Assembly: GCA_040391315.1 (NCBI GenBank)
Contig: JBEBYC010000011.1
Location: 46,962 to 110,961, forward strand
Length of the DNA stretch: 64,000 nucleotides
Reading direction: 5' to 3'
From: Portibacter sp.
Lineage (GTDB): Bacteria; Bacteroidota; Bacteroidia; Chitinophagales; Saprospiraceae
The notes beneath the pieces were generated by a model. The model was not told the DNA's origin, did no database searches, and was given only the letters and a program-made list of their open reading frames with translations. This document shows, in pieces, positions 27,667-37,172 of the stretch. Made by a program: the position numbers and the translations under genes. How positions within the stretch are numbered: position 1 is the stretch's first letter; each line of letters opens with the position of its first letter.

Positions 27667-30600
27667 TTATTTTATTATTATCATTTTACGGGTTGCTGAG
27701 TATTTGTTGGTTTCAATGACGTAGTAAAGCACTCCGGTACTGCTTACTGTTCCAGCATCAAAATTGATTGTATTATATCCTTTTTTGAAAGGATTTTGCT
27801 GTTGTAACAATACTTTACCAGTAACATCATAAACTTTAAAGGTTACGTCACTTGCCTCAGGAAGATTAAATCCTATGACAGTTAATGCATTGAAAGGGTT
27901 TGGTATATTTTGGAAAACTTCAAACAAATCAGTATTTTGGTTACCATCCTGTGATCTTGAATTCAATTTGATTTTGTTAACTACAAATTCATTACCTTCT
28001 AATGTGTACAATTCCGGTTGAATTCCCTGAGAAGCGAATTTTAATATTTCATGAGCACCTACTGCTTCATTCAATTTAAATCTCAATTTCATCAGTTCAC
28101 CTGACATCATGATTGGCTCAAAATTATTCCAACTAAAGTGTAAGATACCATCGCTAATATTTCTATAACCAAAGTTTTCATCACTAATATGCATGCCTAT
28201 AGCGTTTACATCCATTAGTTCTGCTATATTCGGATCAAAAGCTAATGAAAATTGAGTTCCGGCTATTTCGGTTGCATTTGGTAATGCTAAATAAACATCT
28301 ACGAAATCACCTGCGTTACCATTGACTAGATTTTGGTGGAGCATTATCGTTCCTCTAGTTGAAGCCTGTGTGTTATCCAGTGTATTTGCCTGAACAGTAC
28401 CGTTCACATCACCTATTTTCACAGCGATAAAGTCTTTACCACCAATATTCTGACTCAAATTATCAATATCAAGAATTTCGTTATAAGGGAATGGATCTTT
28501 AGGATCATAGAATTTGTAGCTTGCATCCACAAATCTCCAGCTCTTATTATTGGTAAACACATCTTTAACCCCTAGTATTACTTTTCTCAAATCAGTCAAA
28601 TCTGATGCCGTAATATTATATGAATTATTGATATCTGCTGCAATAATTTTATATGGTGAACTTAATGTTTCAAGTCCTAATATGTGCCTTTGAATAATTA
28701 CAATATCTAAGGTAGAAACACCATTTAGCGCATCATCATCTTTCGTCGGATTGATAGAATATGTATTGTCAGTTAAAAGATTGCTAAACAAGAAGCCACC
28801 TTCTTTATTCGTTTTTTCTGACTTTGGAAACTCAGGTTGTAAACTCATTAAATCAACCTGTACATTTTCAACCGGTTGAGATGCTTCAGTGTAAATATTA
28901 CCTTTAACTGAGGCTCTAGTTTGAGGTTTTGCACACATCCCATCATTATCTTGTACAAATAATGATACCGTACAGAATTCACTATTTCCTGCTTCGTCAA
29001 TAAAATATACATCAAAAGTAAATTGCTTGATGGTATCACCATCCATATCTGCACAAGTAATTGTACGAGATTTATCATTTCGGTTGGTTGGTGAAAATGA
29101 TGCAACGATTTTATCTGGAGAAGTACAGTTGTCTGTACTACCTCTGTTAAAGTCTGATGCCCAGATAGATACTTCTTTAGCCGTCGGCATGATAACGGTT
29201 CCTAACTCAGTAATACAATACGGGCTAGGTTTTTTATCATCTGATATCGTAAATATATTAGAACATCTCGTCTCATTCTTACAACCATCTTTGACAACCC
29301 AAGTAATTTTATGCGTACCATATGGGAAAACTCTGTTAATTTTTCTACCTACACCATTTGAAACTTCAACTGTTCCATCATTATTTTCATCGATAATATA
29401 TGACCATTCTAGTCGATCTTCAGGTGTACAATCATCTTCAGCTACTGCAGAAACAGTAACATTAGCCTGACATTGTCCTACTTGTGTATAGCTTATATCA
29501 GCAGGACTACAACCACTTAATATTTTCGGACCAACAGTATTATTCACCATGATAAGTTGTGTGTACGTCCATTCACCGATACCCGGTGCAAAAGGATTGT
29601 GTTGACACCAGTCAATGACAGTCCATTTTCTCAGTACTTTTACACATACATTATCTGCAAAGTTAAATACGATATCTTCATAATTTGCTAGAAGTTTAGA
29701 ACAATCCGTATTACGTAAATATCTTGGTTTACTAAATTGTGCTGGTAATTTATCCGGGTCTATATCGGCAATACATCCACTTGAAATCGTATATGTATCC
29801 GGCCAGTCAATGTCATTACCAGAGAATGGTTTATTATTTCTTACTGTAATTGTCTGTGATTTTACTGTTTTATTTCCAAATCCATCCGTAGCAGTAAACG
29901 TTCTTACGATGGATCCTAAACCACATTCATTGATATTATCGGTTCTCGATTCAACAATAGATACTGTACAGTTATCTGAAGCCACAGCTGTTCCGAATCT
30001 AGTCAAAGATGTGAAATCTTCACTACAATTTGCTGTTACATCCGCCGGAACATTTAAAACCGGGAAGATATTGTCCTGAACTCTTGCTTCTACCATACAT
30101 GAATTAAACAATCCTGCCTCATCCCAAACGCCTAATTCAACCTGTATAACTTTACCGATATCACTACAAGTAAATTTAATTTGATTATTACATGGTAAAG
30201 AATTCCAAGAAACAAGATTATCCATTCTTCTAACTTTCATACATGCTAGTCCACAGTTATCATGGCTTCCATCATCAAAAGTTAATACACCAGCTAATCC
30301 TTCTCCATTAGCACCAATGGCTATAATGGTATGTTTGTCACAAACAGCTACAGGTGCTTCATTGTCTACAACATCAATTTCTGTAAAGCAATATGAATAA
30401 TTACCACAAAGGTCTGTAACTGTATATCTAATCCAGGTTCTTCCTTTTGGTAAGTTGGTAATTATATAATTTGGATAGTTACCTTTAACTTCAGTCGCAC
30501 CATCCTTTGTAGTAAAGTCTGATTCTACCGGGTTACCTTTGCTGTCAGCAAGTTTAAACTCCACAGACCATGTTGTAGGCATACAATCATATATGGATAC

Positions 30601-32703
30601 AGGCGGTAACACATTCCAGTCGCCTACACACTTATTATAATTTGTGTGAACGATTGCTGCCGGTTGTATCGTTCCACCTGACTGCGTTGTAAGGTCAGCA
30701 GGACAAGTCACAATAGGGGCTTTGGTATCCATTACTGTAATCAACTGATTCAATTCCAAAATATTATTTGCAGGATCCGCACAATAATCAATAATGACCC
30801 ACTTTCTTACAAGTTTATATGCATTTGGATTAGTTCCACAAAGTAATATTTTCTTATCTGTATAAGATACAGAAGCATTCATACACAATGTACCAAATGG
30901 ATATCCTGTAAAAGCAGGATCTGGGACTGAATCCACCTTTGTAATTCCATTTTCAATATAAGTCTGTTTGCTACCATTAACAAAATAAGCAACTTTAGGA
31001 AAATTATCACACGCTTCGAGTGAAGCATATGGTCCCGTCGCATCATCCCAGTTAAAAGGCATGATTACATCAGCTAACGATGCTCTTTCTACACTTATGG
31101 TATGTGCACATGAAGATTCATTACCAGTATCATCTTTAATTTTCCATGTTCTTGTAATCACAGATGAATAAGGACCAGAACATTCATTATTAACGACTAC
31201 ATCTGTATAAGTCAAAATGACATTACTACATTTATCATAACCACTTACAATCCATGTATTAGATTTTCCTACAACCGGAGTATAAACTGCTTCGTCTGGA
31301 AGAACCGGGAAACCAGTAACAGATAAGTTATTTAACTGATCACAGGTTATAATTGCATCATCTGGGCAAATCATGTCTTGAATAGATTTATCTTCAATAT
31401 TCGCATAACTCCAACAAGAATTACCAGAACATTCATGAATTATTTTAACTTCTAAAACCTTACCTACATAATGAAACCCTAAAGTACCATTAGGAATGAT
31501 CGTATCCGCTTCAACATCTCTTAGCATTATATCATAAGATGTATTAGGAAATTGTTGATCTAACAAAAACTGATCTGGAGAGAATAACAACTCACAGTTA
31601 GGATTCATAGATACATTCACTAAATCTTTACATGACATTGCTCTCAAAGGTTCGTTTACAATATCAACCCTTTGGATTGTTGTAAATGAACAATAGTCAG
31701 CAGAAGGACTTATTCTAAATTCACCACTAACGCCGATATAATATACACCCACATGATTAGGCCATTGTATCGTTCGCGATTTTAATGACCCACTAGGGTT
31801 AGTGATTACCACATCTTGTGCTATATTGGTTGCAGTTGAATCCGTATATACTCCCCATGTTAGAGAAGTCGGATTTATCTGATTGTTATTTGCTGCAAGT
31901 GAATATACTTCAATAGCACCAATACAATTACCAAAATCACCTATTAACCTTGTATAAGGAGTCGGGTCAATAACAGAAACCTGATAACTTGTGGTAAAAT
32001 CACATCCTTGAGGTTGACCAGCATAAATGATTTGATTTCCCGAAACGTTTAACCTATAAGTACCTGGAGTTGGTCCCCAGTCAACAACAACATTATTGTT
32101 ATTATTAGGTCCTGAGATAGTTCCACCATTTACAAGAGACCAAACAACATTAATATAATTGCTGTTGGGTTGAATAGGGTTAAGAAAATAATTTTCACCA
32201 ATAGCATTTTGACATACTAAAGGATCACCAATAATACTCGTAGCTATTGGATGTGTTGGGTACTTACAATTCTGAATAGAATGCACCTCAACGCGTTCAC
32301 CCGTATTTTTATTCCGGATAAATACACTCCATGGCTGTCCGGATACCCTTTTGCCTTCTATTTCAAAAACACCCGCTGAAATTTCTGGAATTGGTGTATC
32401 TTTTAAGTATAAAATTGGTGCTGCTGGCGGTGGTAAAGAAGCCGGATGATAAAAACCCGAAATCGGATCATCCAGTAACCATACCTGACCAGATACGCTG
32501 TTAAATGTAAAACGGTCAAGATACTGACCATTAGTATCTGTAGTAGCATTATTGAGACAAAGACACTCTGTTTTATTAACAGCAACAGCCTGTCCATGCA
32601 CAATATTTGCAAACATAACTAATGTCATTAAAATGACGTTTAGTGTTCTTAATCCCAATCGACTGATTCGGATAAAATTGTGTTTAAGTAATGGGTTCTT
32701 CAT
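27667..32703 (-). CDS. Giant T9SS cargo paralogue 3 (about 1,678 aa)
   Basis: The start is set at ATG 32703 (MKNPLLKHNFIRISRLGLRTLNVILMTLVMFANIVHGQ). The head of about 350 aa has PKD-like modules (IGDPLVCQNAIGENYFLNP...VVWSLVNGGTISGP...VVVDWGPTPGTYRLNV). Chassis landmarks are CWSYANIEDK, VITRTWKIKDDTGNESSCAHTISV, LVRKWVIIDYC, YTVTDLCGNYSYCFTEIDVVD, IKFTCSDIG, CVKVLRKWTVIDWC, KKPSPYC...WASDFNRGSTDNC and FIDEAGNSEFCTVSLFVQDN. The tail has a dockerin-like module (about 28570-28734), a cohesin-like module and a CTD (FQNIPNPFNALTVIGFNL...ATRKMIIIK). Confidence 0.85.
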   Translation of the reverse strand: MKNPLLKHNFIRISRLGLRTLNVILMTLVMFANIVHGQAVAVNKTECLCLNNATTDTNGQYLDRFTFNSVSGQVWLLDDPISGFYHPASLPPPAAPILYLKDTPIPEISAGVFEIEGKRVSGQPWSVFIRNKNTGERVEVHSIQNCKYPTHPIATSIIGDPLVCQNAIGENYFLNPIQPNSNYINVVWSLVNGGTISGPNNNNNVVVDWGPTPGTYRLNVSGNQIIYAGQPQGCDFTTSYQVSVIDPTPYTRLIGDFGNCIGAIEVYSLAANNNQINPTSLTWGVYTDSTATNIAQDVVITNPSGSLKSRTIQWPNHVGVYYIGVSGEFRISPSADYCSFTTIQRVDIVNEPLRAMSCKDLVNVSMNPNCELLFSPDQFLLDQQFPNTSYDIMLRDVEADTIIPNGTLGFHYVGKVLEVKIIHECSGNSCWSYANIEDKSIQDMICPDDAIITCDQLNNLSVTGFPVLPDEAVYTPVVGKSNTWIVSGYDKCSNVILTYTDVVVNNECSGPYSSVITRTWKIKDDTGNESSCAHTISVERASLADVIMPFNWDDATGPYASLEACDNFPKVAYFVNGSKQTYIENGITKVDSVPDPAFTGYPFGTLCMNASVSYTDKKILLCGTNPNAYKLVRKWVIIDYCADPANNILELNQLITVMDTKAPIVTCPADLTTQSGGTIQPAAIVHTNYNKCVGDWNVLPPVSIYDCMPTTWSVEFKLADSKGNPVESDFTTKDGATEVKGNYPNYIITNLPKGRTWIRYTVTDLCGNYSYCFTEIDVVDNEAPVAVCDKHTIIAIGANGEGLAGVLTFDDGSHDNCGLACMKVRRMDNLVSWNSLPCNNQIKFTCSDIGKVIQVELGVWDEAGLFNSCMVEARVQDNIFPVLNVPADVTANCSEDFTSLTRFGTAVASDNCTVSIVESRTDNINECGLGSIVRTFTATDGFGNKTVKSQTITVRNNKPFSGNDIDWPDTYTISSGCIADIDPDKLPAQFSKPRYLRNTDCSKLLANYEDIVFNFADNVCVKVLRKWTVIDWCQHNPFAPGIGEWTYTQLIMVNNTVGPKILSGCSPADISYTQVGQCQANVTVSAVAEDDCTPEDRLEWSYIIDENNDGTVEVSNGVGRKINRVFPYGTHKITWVVKDGCKNETRCSNIFTISDDKKPSPYCITELGTVIMPTAKEVSIWASDFNRGSTDNCTSPDKIVASFSPTNRNDKSRTITCADMDGDTIKQFTFDVYFIDEAGNSEFCTVSLFVQDNDGMCAKPQTRASVKGNIYTEASQPVENVQVDLMSLQPEFPKSEKTNKEGGFLFSNLLTDNTYSINPTKDDDALNGVSTLDIVIIQRHILGLETLSSPYKIIAADINNSYNITASDLTDLRKVILGVKDVFTNNKSWRFVDASYKFYDPKDPFPYNEILDIDNLSQNIGGKDFIAVKIGDVNGTVQANTLDNTQASTRGTIMLHQNLVNGNAGDFVDVYLALPNATEIAGTQFSLAFDPNIAELMDVNAIGMHISDENFGYRNISDGILHFSWNNFEPIMMSGELMKLRFKLNEAVGAHEILKFASQGIQPELYTLEGNEFVVNKIKLNSRSQDGNQNTDLFEVFQNIPNPFNALTVIGFNLPEASDVTFKVYDVTGKVLLQQQNPFKKGYNTINFDAGTVSSTGVLYYVIETNKYSATRKMIIIK
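27670..28935 (-). other. Conserved C-terminal tail cassette of paralogue 3
   Basis: The last 422 aa from CAKPQTRASVKGNIYTEASQPVENVQV. Dockerin-like: LNGVSTLDIVIIQRHILGLETLSSPYKIIAADINNSYNITASDLTDLRKVILG. Cohesin-like: FVDVYLALPNATEIAGTQFSLAFDPNIAELMDV...GELMKLRFKL. Confidence 0.7.
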
Positions 32704-32751
32704 CGGTTGATGGATTTTTGTAAAAATTCGTAATTGCATAAATCGTTCAAT

Positions 32752-32780
32752 ATTTTGTACCAATACACCACGTACAAAAT
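32752..32780. promoter_or_regulatory. 9-bp inverted repeat upstream of giant paralogue 3
   Basis: ATTTTGTAC (32752-32760) and GTACAAAAT (32772-32780) are separated by 11 nt. The repeat lies 49-77 nt upstream of the ATG at 32703. Confidence 0.3.
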
Positions 32781-33276
32781 TTGCACATGAAATATTTGTG
32801 TAAATATTCAGTTATTACCCGGAAGTACGCATTCGTAAAAAATCATGGATTTCCCCGAATATTTTCTTCCTATCCTCAATCAAATCCAAATTTCAGACCA
32901 ATATTAATTTCACATTATGCAGTTTTTTAATGTGTTTTTTGTATTATAATTTATCGTAATGTTTAATTAATTTCATTTCAACAGTATGATTAAAAACATC
33001 GTATCAGAAAAAAATTTAAATAATTTTTATTTTTTTTCTGAAGATGCCACCAACGAATCCATGGCCAAACATGTATCGCTCTAAACCTACCCTGTCGAAT
33101 CAAAAAAATACATAAAAAATCAAAAAAATATTAACACACCTTATTTATGTACATTACATTGATAGCCAATCATCCATATATTCAATTCGCAATTTGAATA
33201 GCTATAAATTTTTTCAAATTTAAATGCCTTAAAAAAATTTGTCGCCCTTTGTTTTATTTAGACTAAATCTTAATTG

Positions 33277-33284
33277 TATCTTTG
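33277..33284 (+). promoter_or_regulatory. Candidate -7 promoter box (TATCTTTG) for the 311-aa membrane protein gene
   Basis: Exact TAnnTTTG, 27 nt upstream of the ATG at 33311. Confidence 0.45.
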
Positions 33285-33310
33285 CCCTAAATCAAACAAA
33301 GTAGCATATA

Positions 33311-34246
33311 ATGAATTCAAATTCTTTAAAAAGTGGGATAATATCATTTATGATAGTATTATTACTGATGCCAATAGGCCACACATTGATGATATTAAAT
33401 GAAAAAATCTTAGAAGGTCACAAATTGACCGGAGCTTTTATTATTGGAGTTTTAGGGCTTATATTATTAATAGTAGGCATACTTAATAATCATAAAGCGG
33501 CCTTAGCAACTATACTTGGATTATTAGGTGGTATTTTAGTCTGGACAGGATGGATAGAATTTTCATTTGTTTGGATTGCTGAAAAACTTAAAGTTCCTCC
33601 TTTAATGGAAGATGGTGAAATTGCAACTAAGCCTGAGTATCTTGTCATGCTCTCTTCGTTAGGTTTATTAATTACATTTATTGTAATGTTTATATTCTCA
33701 AGAACGAAGTGTACATTATTTATTTGGTTTCAGAAAGTATTCAAATTTAGAAAACATATCAAAGCATCTGAAGTAAATTTCAGACCATTAGCCTTAACTA
33801 CCTTTGTTGAGGTTATCATGATAATATGGACATTTTATATCCTTTTACTCGTGGTTTATGACAATGATATAGCTGGTGATCGCCATCCTGCAACATATAT
33901 TGTAGCCGGAGGATCGTTGATATGGTCAGCATATCTCATAGCTAAGTTATTAAAAATCAATAAATTTGACTATGCCATCCGATATGCTGTACCTACTGTC
34001 GTTATATTTTGGAATGTTATCGAGATCTTAGGTCGTTGGGATTATTTTGAAGAAGTATGGGTACTCCCAATGGAACATAAATTTGAAAATGCAATGATCA
34101 GTCTTGCTTTAATCTGTTTTATTGTATTCTTTTTTTATGGAAGCAAGGCAAATGAAAAGAAAATGAGTAAACGTCGACAAAAGTATTTGGAAAACAAACA
34201 AAATCTTATAAATAAAAAAGATTTACAAAACTCATTTGAGGAATAG
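33311..34246 (+). CDS. Polytopic membrane protein of unknown function (about 8 TM helices, Lys-rich C-terminal tail)
   Basis: 311-aa ORF with repeated 20-residue hydrophobic stretches (IISFMIVLLLMPIG, AFIIGVLGLILLIVGIL, LATILGLLGGILVWTGWIEF and others). I recognise no family motif. Confidence 0.6.
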   Translation: MNSNSLKSGIISFMIVLLLMPIGHTLMILNEKILEGHKLTGAFIIGVLGLILLIVGILNNHKAALATILGLLGGILVWTGWIEFSFVWIAEKLKVPPLMEDGEIATKPEYLVMLSSLGLLITFIVMFIFSRTKCTLFIWFQKVFKFRKHIKASEVNFRPLALTTFVEVIMIIWTFYILLLVVYDNDIAGDRHPATYIVAGGSLIWSAYLIAKLLKINKFDYAIRYAVPTVVIFWNVIEILGRWDYFEEVWVLPMEHKFENAMISLALICFIVFFFYGSKANEKKMSKRRQKYLENKQNLINKKDLQNSFEE

Positions 34247-34416
34247 TTAAGCATTTTTGTACGAAGCCAACTTTGAAAAGGCATATGTTTTCCAACTTAT
34301 TTATTTTACTTTTAGATATTTAATAGCTAAAATATCGGATTATCTTTCTGATACAAATATTTAATAAATATTAATATAAATCAATCATCAGTATGCATAA
34401 AATCATCAGATTTTTT

Positions 34417-34434
34417 ATTTTTATCTAAAATTAT
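34417..34434. promoter_or_regulatory. Candidate Rrf2/NsrR operator, copy 1 (ATTTTTA-TC-TAAAATT), overlapping the -33 region of the Rrf2 promoter
   Basis: It contains the 16-mer TTTTATCTAAAATTAT (34419-34434), which recurs exactly at 34985-35000. It sits 20 bp upstream of the TATTTTTG box at 34454. Confidence 0.35.
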
Positions 34435-34453
34435 ATATAAAGTTTAAAAAGTA

Positions 34454-34461
34454 TATTTTTG
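34454..34461 (+). promoter_or_regulatory. Candidate -7 promoter box (TATTTTTG) for the Rrf2 regulator gene
   Basis: Exact TAnnTTTG, 28 nt upstream of the ATG at 34489. Confidence 0.45.
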
Positions 34462-34488
34462 CCGGTTGAAATTTAAAAAATATCATTT

Positions 34489-34926
34489 ATGTTCTCAAAA
34501 GCTTGTGAATACGGCATCAAAGCTATAACCTATATTGCAAAAGAGTCTCTAAAAGAAAAAAGAGTCAAAATCGGGGAAATTTCAGAAAATACCGAATTAC
34601 CTGAACCTTTTACAGCAAAGATTTTAGGAGTACTTAATAAACATGGAATCGTCCATTCTCAAACGGGTCCCAATGGCGGATTTCTAATTGAGAAAGATAA
34701 AATGAAAGATATAAAAATCAGTGAAATTGTCAATGCGATAGATGGCGATGCGATTTACAATGGCTGTGGATTGGGCTTTGAAGCTTGTAATGCTGATAAG
34801 CCCTGTCCTATGCACCATAAATTTGTAAAAGTTCGGTCAGAAATGAAAAAAATGTTGACTTCAACAAGCATATATGATTTGGCCATCGGGTTCAAATCTG
34901 GAAAAACCGTTCTAAAAAGAGAATAA
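34489..34926 (+). CDS. Rrf2-family transcriptional regulator (NsrR/IscR-like, three-Cys cluster)
   Basis: 145 aa. N-terminal winged-helix block MFSKACEYGIKAITYIA...IGEISENTELPEPFTAKILGVLNKHGIVHSQTGPNGGF. Cys93-x6-Cys100-x5-Cys106 (NGCGLGFEACNADKPCPMHH) sits where Rrf2 Fe-S ligands lie. Confidence 0.9.
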   Translation: MFSKACEYGIKAITYIAKESLKEKRVKIGEISENTELPEPFTAKILGVLNKHGIVHSQTGPNGGFLIEKDKMKDIKISEIVNAIDGDAIYNGCGLGFEACNADKPCPMHHKFVKVRSEMKKMLTSTSIYDLAIGFKSGKTVLKRE

Positions 34927-34982
34927 TGTATATGCTTATTTTTACCTAAATAAACTTGGAATGAAAAAAACACATTTTATAC

Positions 34983-35000
34983 AATTTTATCTAAAATTAT
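34983..35000. promoter_or_regulatory. Candidate Rrf2/NsrR operator, copy 2 (perfect AATTTTA-TC-TAAAATT palindrome)
   Basis: Perfect 7-2-7 inverted repeat at 34983-34998, 57 nt after the Rrf2 stop and about 290 nt before the globin ATG. ACAATTTT-led relatives occur just upstream of the RIC gene (35750) and of the azurin gene (about 36541). Confidence 0.35.
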
Positions 35001-35288
35001 TGCAATTTTTATAAACATATTCCGTTATTCTATTGTTAATATTTTATCAATATTCATGTCATATGAGGATATATAGACAATTAAAATATCATCACATATC
35101 TCATGTTAACTTCTAATGGCAACCTATTGGTATGTTAATCATATTCATGCTTATAGACCGCTATTGTAGAAGATATAATTTCATAAAGACTTAACTATTT
35201 TTTAATTGATTATTATTTAAAACCATAACAACACCATAAATAAAGACTTATAAATCTTAATTAGTTACATCCAAAATAAAATTAAAAT

Positions 35289-35687
35289 ATGCCACAGGAA
35301 AAAAGAGACATTCAAAACATCGATGACATTAAACTTTTTGTTGACACGTTCTATGAACAAATTCAAAAAGATGATATATTAGGTCATATTTTCAATGACA
35401 AAATACAAGACAGATGGCCTGAGCATCTTAACAAAATGTATCGTTTTTGGCAAACGGTGTTGTTAGACGAACATACTTACTATGGTAGTCCATTTGTTCC
35501 ACATGCATATTTGCCAGTAGAGAGAGTACATTTTGAACGGTGGGTTCAAATATTTGAAAAAACGATCAACACTCATTTTGAAGGTAGTAAAGCTGAAAAA
35601 GCTAAATGGCAAGGGCAAAGAATGGCTGAAATGTTCCAAGTGAAAATTCAATACATTCGCGATAATGATGTCATTCCATTAAAATAA
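35289..35687 (+). CDS. Group III truncated haemoglobin (globin-family protein)
   Basis: 132 aa. IKLFVDTFYEQIQKDDILGHIF...WPEHLNKMYRFWQTVLLDEHTYYGSPFVPHAYLPVERVHFERWVQIFEKTI matches the trHb III (Ctb-like) pattern, with the proximal His in the PH block. Confidence 0.8.
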   Translation: MPQEKRDIQNIDDIKLFVDTFYEQIQKDDILGHIFNDKIQDRWPEHLNKMYRFWQTVLLDEHTYYGSPFVPHAYLPVERVHFERWVQIFEKTINTHFEGSKAEKAKWQGQRMAEMFQVKIQYIRDNDVIPLK

Positions 35688-35781
35688 TTGACAAATATAT
35701 TTAAAACAATTATTATTAAATTATGCTAATTCATGCTCAAATGAAAATTACAATTTTGTATAAATTTTAAATTTTTAAACA

Positions 35782-36507
35782 ATGAATATTTCAAAAGACA
35801 CAATTATTGGTGATATCGTATCACATGATTACAGAACTGCTTCCGTCTTCAAAAAAAACAGAATTGATTTTTGTTGTAATGGAAATCGAACTTTAGAAGA
35901 TGCTAGTACCAAATTGAGGATTGATCCATATCAAATTATAAATGAGCTCAATGAAGTTATGCAAGCTAAAAGCGACAATAATACTGATTTTACTTCATGG
36001 CCTTTAGATTTACTTACTGATTATGTTGAAAAGAAACATCATCGTTATGTTAAAGAAAAAACGCAAGAAATTACACCATTTTTGGCAAAAATTGCGCGAG
36101 TACACGGTGACAGGCATCCTGAACTACATGAAGTATTGAGTTTATTTACAGATTCTGCTGATGAGTTGGCAAGTCATATGGATAAAGAAGAGCAAATACT
36201 TTTTCCTCATATCCGAAGTATGATTGATGCTAAAAGTAAAGGAAAAGTCGTTTCAGCACCATTTGGTACGATTCAAAATCCGATCAAAGTTATGATGCAA
36301 GAACACGATAATGAAGGCGATAGATTTAGAAAAATCGAAGCATTAACCAATGGCTATACTGTTCCTGATGATGGATGTACAACTTATAGTGTGACTTTAG
36401 CCATGCTTAAGGAGTTTGAAGATGATCTTCATCATCATATTCATTTAGAGAATAACATTTTGTTTCCTAAATCAGTTATATTAGAAGCGCAATTTGAAAT
36501 TGCATAA
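35782..36507 (+). CDS. ric: Iron-sulfur cluster repair di-iron protein (RIC; ScdA/YtfE family)
   Basis: 241 aa. ScdA_N block IGDIVSHDYRTASVFKKNRIDFCCNG. Hemerythrin-like His/Glu blocks: KKHHRYVKE, HPELHEV, EEQILFPH, MMQEHDNEGD and HHHIHLENNILFP. Confidence 0.9.
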   Translation: MNISKDTIIGDIVSHDYRTASVFKKNRIDFCCNGNRTLEDASTKLRIDPYQIINELNEVMQAKSDNNTDFTSWPLDLLTDYVEKKHHRYVKEKTQEITPFLAKIARVHGDRHPELHEVLSLFTDSADELASHMDKEEQILFPHIRSMIDAKSKGKVVSAPFGTIQNPIKVMMQEHDNEGDRFRKIEALTNGYTVPDDGCTTYSVTLAMLKEFEDDLHHHIHLENNILFPKSVILEAQFEIA

Positions 36508-36559
36508 CAATTTTTTATATTATTATTTTTATTACTTATTTTAAACAATTTTCTACAAA

Positions 36560-37069
36560 ATGAAAAAGTTAATTTATTCTTTATTTGTCGTTGCTGTATT
36601 TTTAGCATCATGTAAAAACAATACTACTTCTTCCACTGAAGCTACAGATTCAAGTTCTGCAGTAACAGAAGAAGTTTCAGCTGTTGTGGATAATGTAGCT
36701 CAAATAACCATAAATGGTGATGACAAGATGAAATTTGACACAGATGAAATCAAAGTTAAAGCTGGACAAATGGTTAAACTTACTTTAGTTCACGTAGGTA
36801 AATTACCTAAAGAAGCGATGGGACACAACTGGGTATTATTGAAAGCAGGTGTTGATTTAAGTGGATTTGCAGCAGATGCGATGAAAGCAAAAGAGTCGGA
36901 TTATATTCCTACATCCAAAGAAGTTGATGTTATTGCTCATACTAAATTAATCGGTGGTGGCGAATCAACTACTATTGAGTTTGAAGCTCCTGCACCGGGT
37001 ACATACGAATTCCTTTGTAGTTTCCCCGGACACTCTGGTATGATGAAAGGGCACTTTATCGTAGAATAA
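36560..37069 (+). CDS. azu: Azurin (type-1 blue copper protein), lipoprotein form
   Basis: 169 aa with lipobox FLASC. Copper ligands appear in canonical context: MGHNWVLL (His) and CSFPGHSGMMKG (Cys-x4-His-x3-Met). Confidence 0.9.
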   Translation: MKKLIYSLFVVAVFLASCKNNTTSSTEATDSSSAVTEEVSAVVDNVAQITINGDDKMKFDTDEIKVKAGQMVKLTLVHVGKLPKEAMGHNWVLLKAGVDLSGFAADAMKAKESDYIPTSKEVDVIAHTKLIGGGESTTIEFEAPAPGTYEFLCSFPGHSGMMKGHFIVE

Positions 37070-37172
37070 TCATTTCTAATATTCCTTATATAAAATGAAA
37101 ACATGAATATAGGAAAAGTGACTTAAAAAGTGATTTTGCCTATTTTTTTGCATTTTTACGACATCTAAAATT

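Noticed and set aside
27563-27667. TAATG stop/start overlap suggesting translational coupling of the two tandem giant genes
   Set aside because: The 35-codon extension contains no signal peptide and spans a 14-bp GC-rich hairpin. A canonical signal peptide starts at the ATG at 27562.
32704-32763. 20-codon N-terminal extension of giant paralogue 3 (MVQNIERFMQLRIFTKIHQP)
   Set aside because: It uses a non-ATG start. The downstream ATG at 32703 gives a standard positively charged n-region plus hydrophobic core plus an AxA-like (HGQ) cleavage context.
33099-33130. Direct repeat ATCAAAAAAATA x2 in the spacer upstream of the 311-aa membrane protein gene
   Set aside because: It is a poly-A low-complexity sequence and is expected by chance in this composition.
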